Assembly (NCBI GenBank): GCA_963924565.1
Contig: OZ004612.1
Location: 28,148,001-28,212,000, forward strand
Direction: 5' to 3'
Origin: Ascidiella aspersa
Taxonomy: Eukaryota
DNA: 64,000 bases
Below, piece after piece: positions 26,246 through 40,079 of the stretch. A program made the translations under genes and the position numbers. Numbering within the stretch: position 1 is the stretch's first letter; every line of letters begins with the position of its first letter. The notes under the pieces are model-generated. The model had not been told where the DNA came from, did not search any database, and saw only the letters and a program-made list of their open reading frames with translations.

Positions 26246-29200
26246 AGAGGAACCCTCAGTATTTCTTATAATAAGAGCTTATCAAATTGAATTGTTTATT
26301 ATTATTTGTTTACGCTTGAAGAAAAATAAAACTAGATTCTTGCATTTTATGTTGAATAGGCATATAACATAATAATCAACATTGCTTGTGTATACTGAAA
26401 TTACAAACACCAGAGGAGCTGCTTTTGATTATGCCTGGTAGCAACAGTTTATATATAGGTGTTCAGGTTTTCAAGTAAAACCATGCAGGCTGTCCTATTT
26501 TTTCTCACTATTTCCTATAGTTAGCACCAATGCGTACAAATTGAATTATAGCTTGTGAAGCTTCTTAAGCTATTAAACGACATTATGTATTAGGTTGAAG
26601 GACAAGATTCTGTTGTTGGAACACATACTAAGTCTAAATTGAAATGTTTAATAATATTTATTTTAAAACGGAATAAAAATAAACAGGCGAATTTTTTGTT
26701 GAATATTTATATAACATGTTCAGTTTTTAAGTAAAACAATATAAGATGTTCCTATTTTTTCACTTGGCAATTTTGAATTTATGTTTCAAACTGTTTAAAT
26801 AAATTTTTCACTCTAAAAATATGGCAACTTGTACATTTAAATCTCACGGCATTGTAACTCATGTGCATTGTTTTGTGGAAAAAGGCAAACTTAAGAGGAA
26901 TGGGTATTTTTTTTGCCTACCGTCAAGTTTACAATATTTATGTTAAAGAACAGTTTACCCATTTTGCACATTAACCTTTTATCTACGAAGGTAACTGCAA
27001 GTATTGTTCGCTTTACCTGAATAGCATCAAAATAAAAAGTTGGAAAGTTTTATCTTTTGTATGACTGATCTCGAAAATTTGAACAACGGTAAATCGCCTT
27101 CAATAGAGCTCATAATACCACGCAGAGTTCAATTTACCACGTGTTTTGAAGCCAATTGGGTGTGTGGGAAAGCATTCGCAGATTAGGAGTTTATTCAAAA
27201 CAGCGCTAATTGCTAATTGAACACTCTCTTCAAATCGAAGAAGAATCCTACAGGAAACTAACGCAAGGAAAAAACACGTTGTTTACTAATGTTTAGGTTG
27301 TAAAAGGGCGCCTAATCTAGCAATACCGTAGTACACAGTAATTAGATTTAATGTGAGAAAGCAAGGGGGCGGGGTTGTGGGCGTCAACATGAAACAAATA
27401 ACACTGTGTCGGCACAAATTGCCACCCACATACTACTGCGGCGTCTAATCACGATGACATATGCAAAGGCACAAAAGCTACTAAAACAGCGCTGTACGGG
27501 ACCCCTGCCCGAGCGGACAATGGTATATTTTGAGGAAAGCTAAAAGGGACTGGCCCGGTTTTTGTAAGTTGCTTGATTCGTTAACGAGGGAAACAAATAC
27601 CGAAAAACAAAATCGCGACATCATCGTGATTACTCGTTTTTATTGATAACAAACTTCTGCACAAAGGTTAAGTTCGTGGCAAACAATATGCTGTATATTC
27701 AAGTAGAATCAACGCAGCGATTTGCACACGTGGGTGGTATAGGCAACTACATCTTGGTAAAATTTGCGAGGTCATCGTGAAACACGATATTTTGCATCCT
27801 TTTTTTCGAAAAGCTACGCGGGGTAAATTTGAAGCAGGAAAAAAATTAGGGAATGTCTTTTTTTCTTCCGTTGATTGTCAAATCCGAATCTTGGTCGCGA
27901 AAAAACCTTTCGAGTTTTACCTAATGAATCATAACGATAAAAAGGAAAACGGACCTCTAAAGTTAAGCTTTCTTGGCCTAAGTAAACTAAATTGAACTAG
28001 ATGTAGCTCTTGTTAAGAGGTCGACTGAATTGTTACAGACAACATATTTATAATGCAATGAAAACGGGAATACCTATTGCAGGATAAACAATCAGATTCA
28101 ATAATATGTTTATGACTGGGTTTTAGACGGAAATGTTAAATATATATTTTAACTATGGCTAGATCTGAGACTGGAATTGTAATATAATTAATGCCAGTAA
28201 TCCGGTAATGATTTCGTTCGACACCGGAATTTTGATGTATATTTTAAAATTGGCGTGGTTAAACTTTAGGTCTAAGACTGAAATTAGGATTGAATTCATG
28301 CGCAAATGGCAATTCGACATAGAACTATAAATAAGCTAAAGATTAGAGGCATTTCAAGGTAATCTACATGTAGTAGCACTTTGTTAAAATGATAACGGAA
28401 TTGCAACAGGCAGTATACTATAACAGACACATATAACTCTAGCCATTTAAAACCATCAGTAGGATGATCACTTGACACATTTGGTCAACTGTATGGAAAC
28501 TATTACGTCACAATATAGCGCCGTGAAATAAACAGGAAGCTTTTCTAGAAGTTGTGCAACAAGGTATTATGACGTCATCTTCAAACAATGCTGCATTAAA
28601 AGGAAGGACACTTTGGGAGTTCGCCGTATTTTAATAAATGCTGATTAGACAAGACATTTGTAAAATGTCAAAATAGGAAAGACGCCAATAGAAAAACATC
28701 CCGATGAATGTTGTGCCCCTCTATTGTTAGTTACCAGTTAGAGTTAAGAGTATCCGGTTGGTGCATTGAATAGTATGCTGACGAATTCCATTGTTGCCCA
28801 ATTTTAGAGGTGGAAGTATTTCAGGTAGAAAGGGTTAACAAACTATTATATTTAGGGCGAGATTTAAAAACACGGAAGGAAGGCACGGTTAGACAGCTTT
28901 CCAATAAAAATGGTCCAAACCAGACCTAATAAACTAGATAACTAATTTGAAGACTTTCAACGAAAAGCTGATAATTAATTCGAAGCTTGTAAGAATGTTT
29001 TTTTTTGCTTTAATGTAATTTAATTGTGTACTTTAGTTTCACTCTAATTTCCTAAATCCCAACTTGCCCAAAGGCATTGGTTATAGGTCTTTTAGTCGGC
29101 ACGAGTTTTTAGCCGTGTGAATTTTCCAGCACGTAGCCAAAAGCATGTCAATTTTTGCCATTCATATTCTTTTGAGAATAAATTAAGATATAAACGGGAA

Positions 29201-29344
29201 GAATTAACTAAATGTAATGCTAGTTCGGTTTTGATTTGTAGGTATCGCGATGCCAACAATTCTAATCAAAAAGAATTCTACGCAGGAAAACTGAACCGTT
29301 GCAATCTTAATTATAATCTAATTGAGGAGGTTAAAAAATCTATT

Positions 29345-29447
29345 AATGGCTGGAGGTTTTAGTTAGACGTAGAATGAATATCAAAGCCCATACAGATGTA
29401 GGTAGCTTTACTAACGTTCGAAGATATCCTTATTCATTTTCAACAGA
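29345..29447 (+). repeat. Dispersed repeat family E (AATGGYTGGAGGTTNTAGTTAGACGT...AAAGCCCATACAGAAGTAGG), representative copy
   Basis: Further copies at about 17138-17250, 17422-17480, 17789-17870, 22134-22245, 23238-23335, 58166-58290 and 62740-62820 (reverse). Confidence 0.75.
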
Positions 29448-30929
29448 TTTGGAAACCACTGATTTATAGTTTGGCCCTAATGGAAATAAAAACAAATGTC
29501 CAATTATTATCCACAATACGTTTTATATTATATTAGTATCGTCACATACCAATTATTATCAAGTCACCCGTTCCATAAAACCAAACGGAACAACGAGTTT
29601 GAAAATAAACAAAACTTAATAAAACAAGATAAGTACGTCATAGTGCAGTTAGTACCATTGTAGCGTTGCTGATCTAGCTCCGAGCCACAAAGATATTCTA
29701 CCATGACGAAAGACAATGCTAGCATGACGCAATTGACGTCATTGGTATAACCGTGACGTCATTTTTTGTGAAAAAGTGCGCCAGCTCTTATTGTGATGGC
29801 GGAACCCTTTTGAACGCTTCCTTTGTTATACCGAGTCGGAATGCGAACGACACTGTATGTGTCATTCTAAGTCCGAAAATACAAGTTTGACTTTGATAGT
29901 TAGTCCCTCTTTTGCAACAGAGCGAACCACTAAAAATCCATCAAAGGATTTAACAAAAGACCAAATGTTTGGGGTTGGTCTTTTTTTAAATTGAAAAGGA
30001 TTTGCGTAAAAGCGTGCTTTCTATCAGTTGCAAGTTAAACATATCATATAACAGTGGTGGTCAAACTGTTAAGCTTTTTCTATACACTGTTATACCACTA
30101 CTATCAATTTTGTGAAGCGGTTTACTGAATGTCACTATAACAAACGCAATCCAATCCAATACCTAAAAATGTTTTTTTTCATTTTATAACAACAGGTTTG
30201 AAGTTAATGAAAATTTGCCCTCGTCAGTCGTCGGGGCGAGTGTATAACTGTCTGCTCTCGCTATAGGACGTACCACTTCCCGAAAATGTCGGTACACTTC
30301 AAATCCCAGACCTAATTGTGTTTTTTTCAAGTTTCAAGTTTTATTTTTTATCCCCATCACACGCAAAATAAGAGATCAAGCATTGGACCACAAGTGGTTA
30401 TACAAAGAGACTGGTCGTTTTACTTTTGGCCAATATCTTGCCATCACTGAATTAACCTGCCTTCCTATTTCGGTGCTTACAGGGATGACCGATACTTCAA
30501 TTTAGCCCGATACCGATAGCCGATATTTTGAGGCAAAAACTATCGCGATGCGATACAAAACGACATCATTCATCGTCTGATTAAAGCAAATATATGTAAT
30601 TGAAACCCTTAAAAGGCATTTTTTGGCGGCAAACATTTCGTCAAAAATTCCTTAAAAATTAATGGCAAGCGTTACGCTACAGTTGAGAATCACTATATTA
30701 TAGACAAGGGGTAACTTATACATAAAATGCAAAAATGGGTTTCTCTTGTTATAAACCAAATATATTAAACGACCTTAAAGCATTCCCGTCTATTAGCACA
30801 CGTCATTTACTGTCATCTATTTGTCAACGTTTCCGTTATCCATTCTAGTCTCTATTGTGAGTGAAACGCTTCGCTAAATACTTTTAGCAAACAAGTCACT
30901 TACGGGCTTAGGCGCACTATGACTTATGA

Positions 30930-32505
30930 AATCAGTTACGGAAATTAAACTAAGAATTGGATCAACGAAAGGCGTTTAAAAAGAGGTTACCGGTTTTTCC
31001 TCCAGTTACAAAAGTCAATTACCGGCGTGTATTTAAAGTTGGTTTCAATATGACAACGTTAAATCCTTGCCCTTTATACTTTACATAGGAAACTATACGT
31101 AAGCAAAACTGCAAATCAAATAACGACAAGCGATTGAAAGAGATTATTAAATTTTCGTCCGGTCTTAAAAGACAATTTACCGGCGTAGATTTTAAAGTTG
31201 GTGTTAATACAACAAGCAGAATCCGGTCCCCTTACATCGCAAAAGCAAGCACGACAACAATTAAATTGATCTCTATTATTCAAAGTTATAAAAAAACTTT
31301 TTTTAAAACTATAGGCAACGTAAAACCTAGATCGAGGCTTCACACAATAAAGAATACCGAAGGAAGCGAAACAGCTAATCAAATTGATCACCTGCAATTG
31401 AAAAGTGATTACCTTATGCTCTTGTCAATTTTTTTGCAGTTTCTTAAGCACAATTACAGCTGTCTAGACTTTTTAACTTTACGTTTAAAGAACAAACGGC
31501 GTATATTTTAAACTTGAACAGTGTTGTTACCTGTCGCCTTACTTTAAAAACGAAAAAAAAAACAGCAAATTAAACTGACGAAAAGTAATTGAATAGATAT
31601 TACCGGATTTCATGTTGCTATTAGTCAAAGTTACAAAAAAAGTCAGCAACAGGTGTAGATTTTAAACTTGAACATCGTTATATTCAGTCCATGGCTTTAC
31701 GCAATAAGAAATAACGCAAGAAGCGAATCGGCAAATCAAATCAAAGACCAGCGATTGAAAATATATTACCGGATTTTGGGTTGTTCTTTGTCAATATTTT
31801 CAGTTTCTAAAGCACAACTACGCTTATCTAAATTTTTTTCAATTTACTTTCAAAGAATAACCGGTGTATATTTTAAACTTGGAAACGTCACATCCGTTAG
31901 CCGCACATTTAAAAAGAAATTAAAAGCGGAAAAGAAACAGCAAATTAAACTGACGAAAAGTAATTGAATAGATATTACCGGATTTCATGTCTTTATTAGT
32001 CAAAGTTACAAAAAAAGTCAGCAACAGGTATAGATTTTAAACTTGAACATTGTATTGGATTCACACAATAAAGAATAACGACGCAAGCGAAACAGCAAAT
32101 TAAATTAACGACCAGCGATTGAAAAGTGATTACCGGATTTGTAGTTGCTTTCTGTCAAGATTTTTTCCAGTTTCTAAAGCCCTTTTACCCCGGTCTAGGC
32201 TATTGAAATATAATTACAAGGAATTACCAGTGTATATTTTAAACTTGGACCACGTTATATCCGCTGGCCTTGCATTTAAAACAAAATTTACAGGCGGAAA
32301 CGAAACAGCAAATTAAACTGACGAAAAGTCATTAAAAAGATATTACCGGATTTTATGTCGCTATTAATAAAACAAAGTTAAAAAGCAGGAACATTTTAAA
32401 CATGGAGAACGTGAAATCCTGTCCTCGGCTTTATACAATAAAGAATAACGACGGAAGCGGAACAGCAAATCAAATTAACGACCAACGATTGAAAGGGAAT
32501 TACAG
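30930..32505. repeat. Degenerate higher-order tandem array (about 370-bp period with shorter subunits)
   Basis: AACAGCAAATTAAACTGACGAAAAG at 31561, 31936 and 32304; recurrent TTACCGG...TTTTAAACTTG blocks. Confidence 0.85.
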
Positions 32506-35500
32506 TTGTTTAAGCAAAGCAAACATTGTCCAAATCCCACGGAACATTGATTCTGTGACACTCGGTAGCTTCGATTAACCATTACGTCACGCTTTCGTTG
32601 GCACAACGCGATCTTTCCGGACCTTATTAGGTGAAAAAAACGACAAAGACGGTTCCGGAAAATTCCGGCCACCGGGACACCTGAGGTAATTTGTTACGCG
32701 CGAGTTGGCATTGTTACGTCACATACACGCCCACGCGAAAGCCGTATCGCGGTGGCGAAGTGACAACCGTGGGCTGCTGACAGGGCTAACGAAGTCCGTG
32801 TAAATAGCAGTAAATCAAACGCAAAGTCGTCACAGTTAAGTTTCTGGTCGGTCTGTGTGAGGAAAACCTAAGACCCTATCTAAATAAATGTTTTTCAACT
32901 TCTTCACCTTATGCATCTTTAAAATAACGGCGGGCCCCATTAGGTTTCGAATGTTTTTAAATCGCCTTACTATCCTTGTTTTAACATTCAAATCAGGACT
33001 CATATACAGTATTTATGGTATATACAAAGACCTATATAAAAAGTTGTCGACTTACCTAAATAAAAGGGGTCCCTAAAACATTTTTTATTTCGTTAATTAT
33101 TTCGTTTGTAAAGTATACCCAGAGCACACCGATCACATTACATTTTATTGGCATTTAGGCATTTCAAAACTTATATACAGGAAGTAGTATATACAAGTCC
33201 TGTTCTGGCGGAACCCTTTTGGATCTCTAAAATAATGGCGGGCCCCATTAGGATTTTTTTAGATCGCCCTACCATCATTACTTAACATTAAAATCAGGAC
33301 TTATATACTACTGATTATAAGAACTAAAACTCCTAAATGCCATTAAAATGCAATGAGGTTGGAGTGCTCCAGCTAGCATAATTTACAAACGAAAGAATTA
33401 AATAAAAAATTAGGGACATCTTGAAACACACCAAGTTTAAAAACCACTGGGCGCTGGAATATAATATAAGCGCACAATTAGTCGTTTTACTAAACTGCAA
33501 TAATTTTTTTATCGAAATCGTGAAAAGTTCTGTTCCAGTTTACACGCCTCGTGTCATAAAGATGCAAAACCAAAAAATTGTTTTTATTTCTGGTGTACAG
33601 CTACTAAAACGTCAATGATGGACTTTATTTAACTGCAGTATGAAAATAGGGTGTTATTAGACAACAAATACGGGTTTGACAGACCAATTATTACAATTTT
33701 ATAAAATGTGTTTTGGAAGAAAACCACTTATAGTCAAGGAAAAAAAACTCCACCAGCGATTTTACACACTGGTGCCGCATAATTTCCCCAACCTTATACA
33801 AAATAAAAAACGAATGGTTTTCCAACAGTAGTCCGCCTAAGTTTGAACACAATGCAAGAGGGGAGTGTCAAACAATACAAACAAGACCACGAAACCCCGA
33901 CAACAAATCCTACAGCAGCTGACAGTAAAGCCTCTCGATTGCCGAGCCCGTGCAAAAGGCCAAGTAGTGCTGGCGTTTTGAGGCCATTGAACAATGCTGA
34001 AAACTTTCCGGCCAAACACACGAGCCATAGGTTCAAGGGCGCAAAAACTCCGAATCTATAGAGTTGGTTGCAGCAACGATTTGCCCCACGCTGCGTAACT
34101 ATTAAGAAAATACCAATAGGAAAAAATTGTCTCGGAAAATCTTCAGACAAAAAAACTTAAGTTGGGTACACTATGCCCGGAACTGTAATGTAGCTTGATA
34201 ATGAATTACAAAAAGGTCGAGAAGATCTTACTTATTAAGAAAAAGCGACCAAGTATGTCAAAGAAAAACAAAACAAAACAACTTTTAAGAAATGGCGACT
34301 GATTGTGCATCGTAAAACCCATTTCCACAGTTGACCCTTCAGAAACCCACCTCGCATTCAAGGTAATTTTGCGGAAAAAAATATGTTTGGAAGCCTTTTG
34401 TTAGTGCTTCCTGACTTTTTGTTGTGTGGCCATTATCAATATACGTGACATAAACGTTTTGCTAAGATTAATTGATCTATTCTATGGAGTATTTTTAGGT
34501 TTTCGCCGTATTATTGCGATGTTTTCCGCCCGAGAGAATTTTCTGGGGTAATTAGTTGCTCAGTTTGATATATTTACTTACCCTAACAAAAAAGGCAAAC
34601 AAAACCATTAAACAGTCTCATTTTTACTGCTTTTATCGCCGAAGTTGAAATATAACCACAATACTAAAACCACTTCTAAATGAAATCATTTTCACGCTCA
34701 GGAGGTAGGCACTTAAATAACCGATTGTAAGAGAGCATCGAAAAACGAAGAGAATCTAAACCAAAGGAGAATTAGGCGTGAAATTTGCAAACAACTTTTA
34801 TTGGTCCGGCGCTTACACGATTGACTAATAAGCAGTAACAAATCTCATCGGTGTTTGGTAAACCCAGGCGTTGATGAAAAGTGGGTGGGGACATACGGAT
34901 ATGAGCCTGAAAGAAATATGAAGTTGGGAGAAGATTTGTTTGGTCAAACAATGTGGACAAAAGAAAGCAAACGTTACTTAGCTTCAATGAAGAGCGAAAG
35001 TTTATCGTTGAGGTTGGTGACCTCATCTTGGGTCCCCTTGGAACAAAAATTGCAAAATCGGAACTAATACGTGGGAGAAAGATTGAAAGCACACACAGAA
35101 GTATCGGTAATTAAGTCCTACGCTTACCGTAATTACTGTGAATAGCAAAATATTGGAACACACACAAATACATATTAAGCAACAATATCTAAAGCAGAAC
35201 AATCCATAATAAAATTACCATGTATTAAGAATTCAAGACCAACGACAAAATAAAGCCAAATACGCACTAATATCCAGTACAGCATAAGATCAAAAAACGT
35301 CTGAATAAAACCCAAACCTGTGGGAATAAGTCTTAAATTAACATGACCAGCATAAAACAAGCATGTGGTACCGTATATAGTGTATTGTTAAATTGCATTT
35401 TCTCGACGAACTGAATGGGCATTTAAGAGCAGGTATATAATACTATGGTGACATTACATAGAGTTTCATGTTGCACGTTTTCAACATATTTGACAGGTAT

Positions 35501-36331
35501 GAGCATTACAGTAGGCCTATAGCAAGAAAGAGACACATAAGTGGATGCTTCCGTTGTCAAATATCGACTTACAAAACACAACAAATCCTCAACAGAACCC
35601 AGACATAAACCATGGGTTGGAAAGGGCTTGAAAACTTTCCATTGCAGAGAGTGTTTCAGCTATTGTAATTGCAAAGAGAGCGCATCAAAAGCCAAGCTAC
35701 CCTTCAAAATAAACCTGAAATTCTGCGAATGACGAGAAAAAGGCAGCAGCAGTCACGAGACGGTTACGTCAGGGGAAAACCCCACTCGGTAAATCCCCGC
35801 CCGGTACGGCAGTTCAACTCGACAACATTGGAGCGCCTTGAGCGCGAATGAATCATCTTTTAAAATGAATCACCTAAATTTGTTGCATCAGAGTTAAGCG
35901 GTGATGAAACAAAGGTGTTTAAACGGCCTTCACGGGCATCGCACACACACATTAGAAAAATGCACAGACGCGCGTGCAAAAATGCTGCGCCTTATCTTAA
36001 AAGAAACGTGGCGCATTTCAGGCGAGGATGACAAATTGACGCGATTTGAAAAGGCACGAGAAACTTATTAGGATGGTGCAAGCGTTTTGCTGAAGATAAA
36101 GACTACTCAAACACGAAAAACGTGATCTGTTTTCCACTCAGAGTTCAAACCGCGGTTGAAGTGTTCGCCACAACACAGTTTATTATTTTGTCAACAGAAA
36201 TCCATATGACATTGCACTTGATTAACAGCAACATTAATGACAATCTTGACAGCTTTACAGAATCCTGAAAAAAATTGGTACCTCATTCGTGCTTCAAACT
36301 ATGGTTAGCCAATAGCCAGGTCAATTTACAC

Positions 36332-36670
36332 CAGGGGTTCTTAAACTTTTTTTTACCGCGGACACCTAAAATTTTTTTTTGCTTTGCATGGACCCCGGTA
36401 GACAAGAAATCCTCCAAAATGGCGTCATAAATTGATGTCACAATACAAATAGACTTCAGGACTCTGATATTTCGGTCCGAAAAATTTGTAAGTTAAATGG
36501 AGTCTAACTATACATTCAGTCCAAAACCGTTTAATTTTTAATTAAAGTGTTTTCTTTTAAACATTAATTACTTTTAAGTATACACTAGTTTTTAATTATG
36601 CTTTCAAGGACCCCCAAAACTAGTTCACGGACCACCAGGGGGTCCATGGACCCTAGTTTAAGAACCCCTG
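36332..36670. mobile_element. Non-autonomous hAT MITE, family A, copy 1
   Basis: TIR CAGGGGTTCTTAAACT / AGTTTAAGAACCCCTG; full-length similarity to the copies at 47064 and 58948; TSD degenerate. Confidence 0.85.
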
Positions 36671-39600
36671 GTTTAGGCTCAATATACAACGAAAAAATAT
36701 ATGAAAAGAATTGCGGCGCATTTTTGTTTTTGTGCTTCCAACTAAATTCGAATGAAAAGAAACGGACTTTTTCCATGCTTTGCAAAGCATAGCGCGTGAA
36801 GTCACTAACAGGGGCCCCATAGAACGAAACACACCCAATCAATAGAATATTCCACTATAAACGAAAACTGAATCTGAATTATTCTCGCAATGTATTTTAT
36901 TTTTGAAAAATTGATTAGTATAAGTCAAGATTTAATACCAAGCACATACAGTGGTAATAAAAAAATAAGACTCACTTGGTGGCTAATAGGTTGGTGACCG
37001 TACATATAGATACGAACGATAAACAATCAAGTTACACCTGTACACCTGTAGAAGTCTATTTTACATCTTAATATGGACTGATAACCAGGTTGCAACAATT
37101 AATGTTTACGCCAACAAAATCTCGCGACTCTCTCAGTGATAACACAACACTACACCAAATAAACCCTGGTGTCTGAAAGGTGTATTTTGCCTTCGGTTTG
37201 TTTGGATAGTCGACAAATTTGATGTACGGCAACGCTAATCGATTTCCAATGTGAACACGTTAATGCGGTGAAGAACGGCAGATTATTTGTGGACTGCTAT
37301 AAAGGCTTTCGGTAGCGCAAACTGTTTCATATGATAGCCACAGCCGAGTACGAATTACTTTGCCTGCAGAAATAACTGCAACATGAACGAATACAGTTTT
37401 ATCACAGTTAGAAGAATATGTGTTTCAAAACTTCACTTTCGGATGCCATTTATTTTTCTAAAATCACAAAAGCTTGTCATTTTTATAAGCACGGTTTGCC
37501 AACGAAGTTGTTTTACTAGCAATTCACTACCTTGTTAAACGAGCAAACCAGACTATTTCCACTTGAGTGAGACATAAATGAAATAATGATAATAACACTG
37601 TAAAGACCCGGTTTGAATTAGGATTCAAAATGTTGCAGTTTTATTTAACAAAATTCCGGATTGGAGGCCGGACAAAGGTCAAGAGTTTATACACTACATT
37701 GTTGTAGAAACGTGCTTTCGATTTTCGTTGACGTTAAGAGATTCAAAATGTCAACAAACCAATGCGGTTACAAAGGGCAGTTATTAGTGGTCAGCTATAA
37801 AGGCTTTTGACAAAGCAAACGCAGTCATTTGGCTGCTGCAACTGTTGGTGAGTACGTGTTGCTTTAGCTGCAAACGGAACGCAGAGTTGTACGATTGAAT
37901 CTAACGGTTATATGAGATGCCTACTAAGTTTTGCCAATTCTAAAACAGCGAACTCTATTTGACACTAATACTAATGAAAGGAATGTGTTTAATTTAGTCA
38001 AATTCCAACTTATTGCACCTTAAGTTTGTTTATTAATTATGCTTTTATTCTTAGGCTGATTTCATACCAACATTACTGAATAAAAAGTAGTCGATTTTGG
38101 GAATACAATTTGCCAACATTGGGAACAAATTGACATATTTGTTTTAAACTTATCTACCTTGCCAAATAACAAACCCTTTGATACAAACGCAAGGTTTAAA
38201 CGCCTATTGCATATATATTTTAATCGCCGTAATGTGCAGGTGAATTGACCAAGTGGAGAACACGCTTTTAATTAGCAAAAATCCTGCTATGAAGCCTCTG
38301 TTCCATTGCGTCAAACGAAGAGTACATATTGCAAACTACATTCACGGAAAGAGGGCCACTTTCCTTATCGGCAAACTACATTGTCAAGATCGGACAAGAT
38401 TCCCAAACTTCTACGTCATTCGAGTTCACTAATAGGAACGAACATAAACCATGTTTACTTGCCGGGTCAAAAATAAACCCGTAATCCCCAAACACGTTAC
38501 TCAGAGCATGGCAAGAATAATCTCCCAGCCGCTAAATATATCACGATTTATTGGTTGAAGTCCAACAAGTGTTTTCCTTTCAAACTTTGTGACGATTTTG
38601 AGAGCTCCGCGCCGGCAACTGTTATTGACTGACACCCCCCACCGAGCATTTTATGAGGGGGCATAAATAGAAATCAAACAAGTGGGCGTGTGTTTTGTGA
38701 CGTCAAAGTACGTCACGGGGGCGACAAGGAATGACTAAAAAAGGGGGTAGGGGAGGAAAAGTTGATTAAAATCGCTACAAAGGTGCTCAAACAGCGTCAT
38801 TGGGTGTTTGTTTAAGGAATCAATACATTTGAGATTAATATAGATTGCGATCGTCGGCCTCATCGGCTCTGTATACATTGAGTAAACAATGGTGCTCGAA
38901 TAGCAAGAATTGACACCCGAAATAGACGGGTTTGACTTTGCAAAGCCGCCCGCTGCAATGCAATAACCCACTACGTTCATTGGGAGGTTTAAAATAGCGT
39001 CCTAAACGCAAAAGTTACTGAACTTTTTATCTGTGTGACATTAGCGTGTTTAAATCGTAGTTCCAAGCGGGGTAAAATGCACCAATTTCGGAAGAGTTTG
39101 TATAACATATGAAGTCATGTAACCGGCTGGCTTTACACGCGGCCCATATGTACTGTGTTTAAATCAGGGCAGAAACAAAACTAAAAATCGTATATCACTA
39201 AGCGTAGCGATAAGGATGGTGACGTCATAAAGATTTAAATTCGAGATTAATATAGATTGCCGTCCTCGGCTCTGCGCACATTGAGTAAACATTGCTGCTA
39301 GATTAGCAAGAATTGGCACCACAAATAGATGGGTTTGACTTTGCAAAGCTACAGTACAATGCAATAACGCACGGTGGGGCGTAAAAGGTTTGTGATGCTT
39401 TGATTTACTTCTTCGCCACATCAACTGATGATGATACGAGTTCATTTTTTTCGACAAGAGTAATAATTAAAACTTCACGTTTGTTTTTTTGTCCCAGCCT
39501 ACTTTGGCATCACACCTAAATTTCAATGCTCGAGGCAAGCGCACACTTTAGCGTTTTAGGAGTAGAATCCATTACAAAGATGGCCGCTGCAATGCAATAG

Positions 39601-39969
39601 AGGTCGGTGTAACTCTGAGGTTTAAACTAAAACTTGCGGAGTCGGGCTCGGGACTCGATGAAGTCGGTTTGTTTTGCTGGAGTCGGACTAAGGACTCGAG
39701 TAAGACTACGTAAGGCTACCCGAGTACGAGTCCGGCGTGTACCGATTTTCAAACTAGCAACTCTAAAAAGTACCGATTTTCAACCAGTACCAATTTTCAA
39801 ACTAACAACCCCGAAAAATGTAAACTGTAAAGATGGAATAACCTGTGGCAGAGCGCTAGGACATTTGCCAACCACGTATCGTGGGGGAATAAATTATTAG
39901 AAACCTATAGAAGTGTTTTCCTGCATATCCAATATCCATTTTATTTAAGTTACATAAATGAGTAAAATA

Positions 39970-40079
39970 CAAGCTGTAGAGTCGGACCCGATTTGGGACT
40001 CGGCGAATTAGTCACATTTGACAGGAGTCGGACTCGGGATTCGGATTCGGGTTACTTTTAAACCGACTCTGCAGCGCTG
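39970..40079. mobile_element. MITE family C (CAGGCTGTAGAGTCGG...CCGACTCTGCAGCCCTG type, GAGTCG-rich)
   Basis: Terminal inverted repeats; related copies at about 10020-10150, 39600-39735, 43604-43752 and 60630-60711. Confidence 0.65.

Noticed and set aside
31116-32316. ORFs of 65-125 aa
   Set aside because: They lie inside a degenerate tandem array and are repeat-derived.
34855-35732. Purine-rich + strand ORFs as a coding or transposase remnant
   Set aside because: Short, interrupted in all frames, no recognisable motif.
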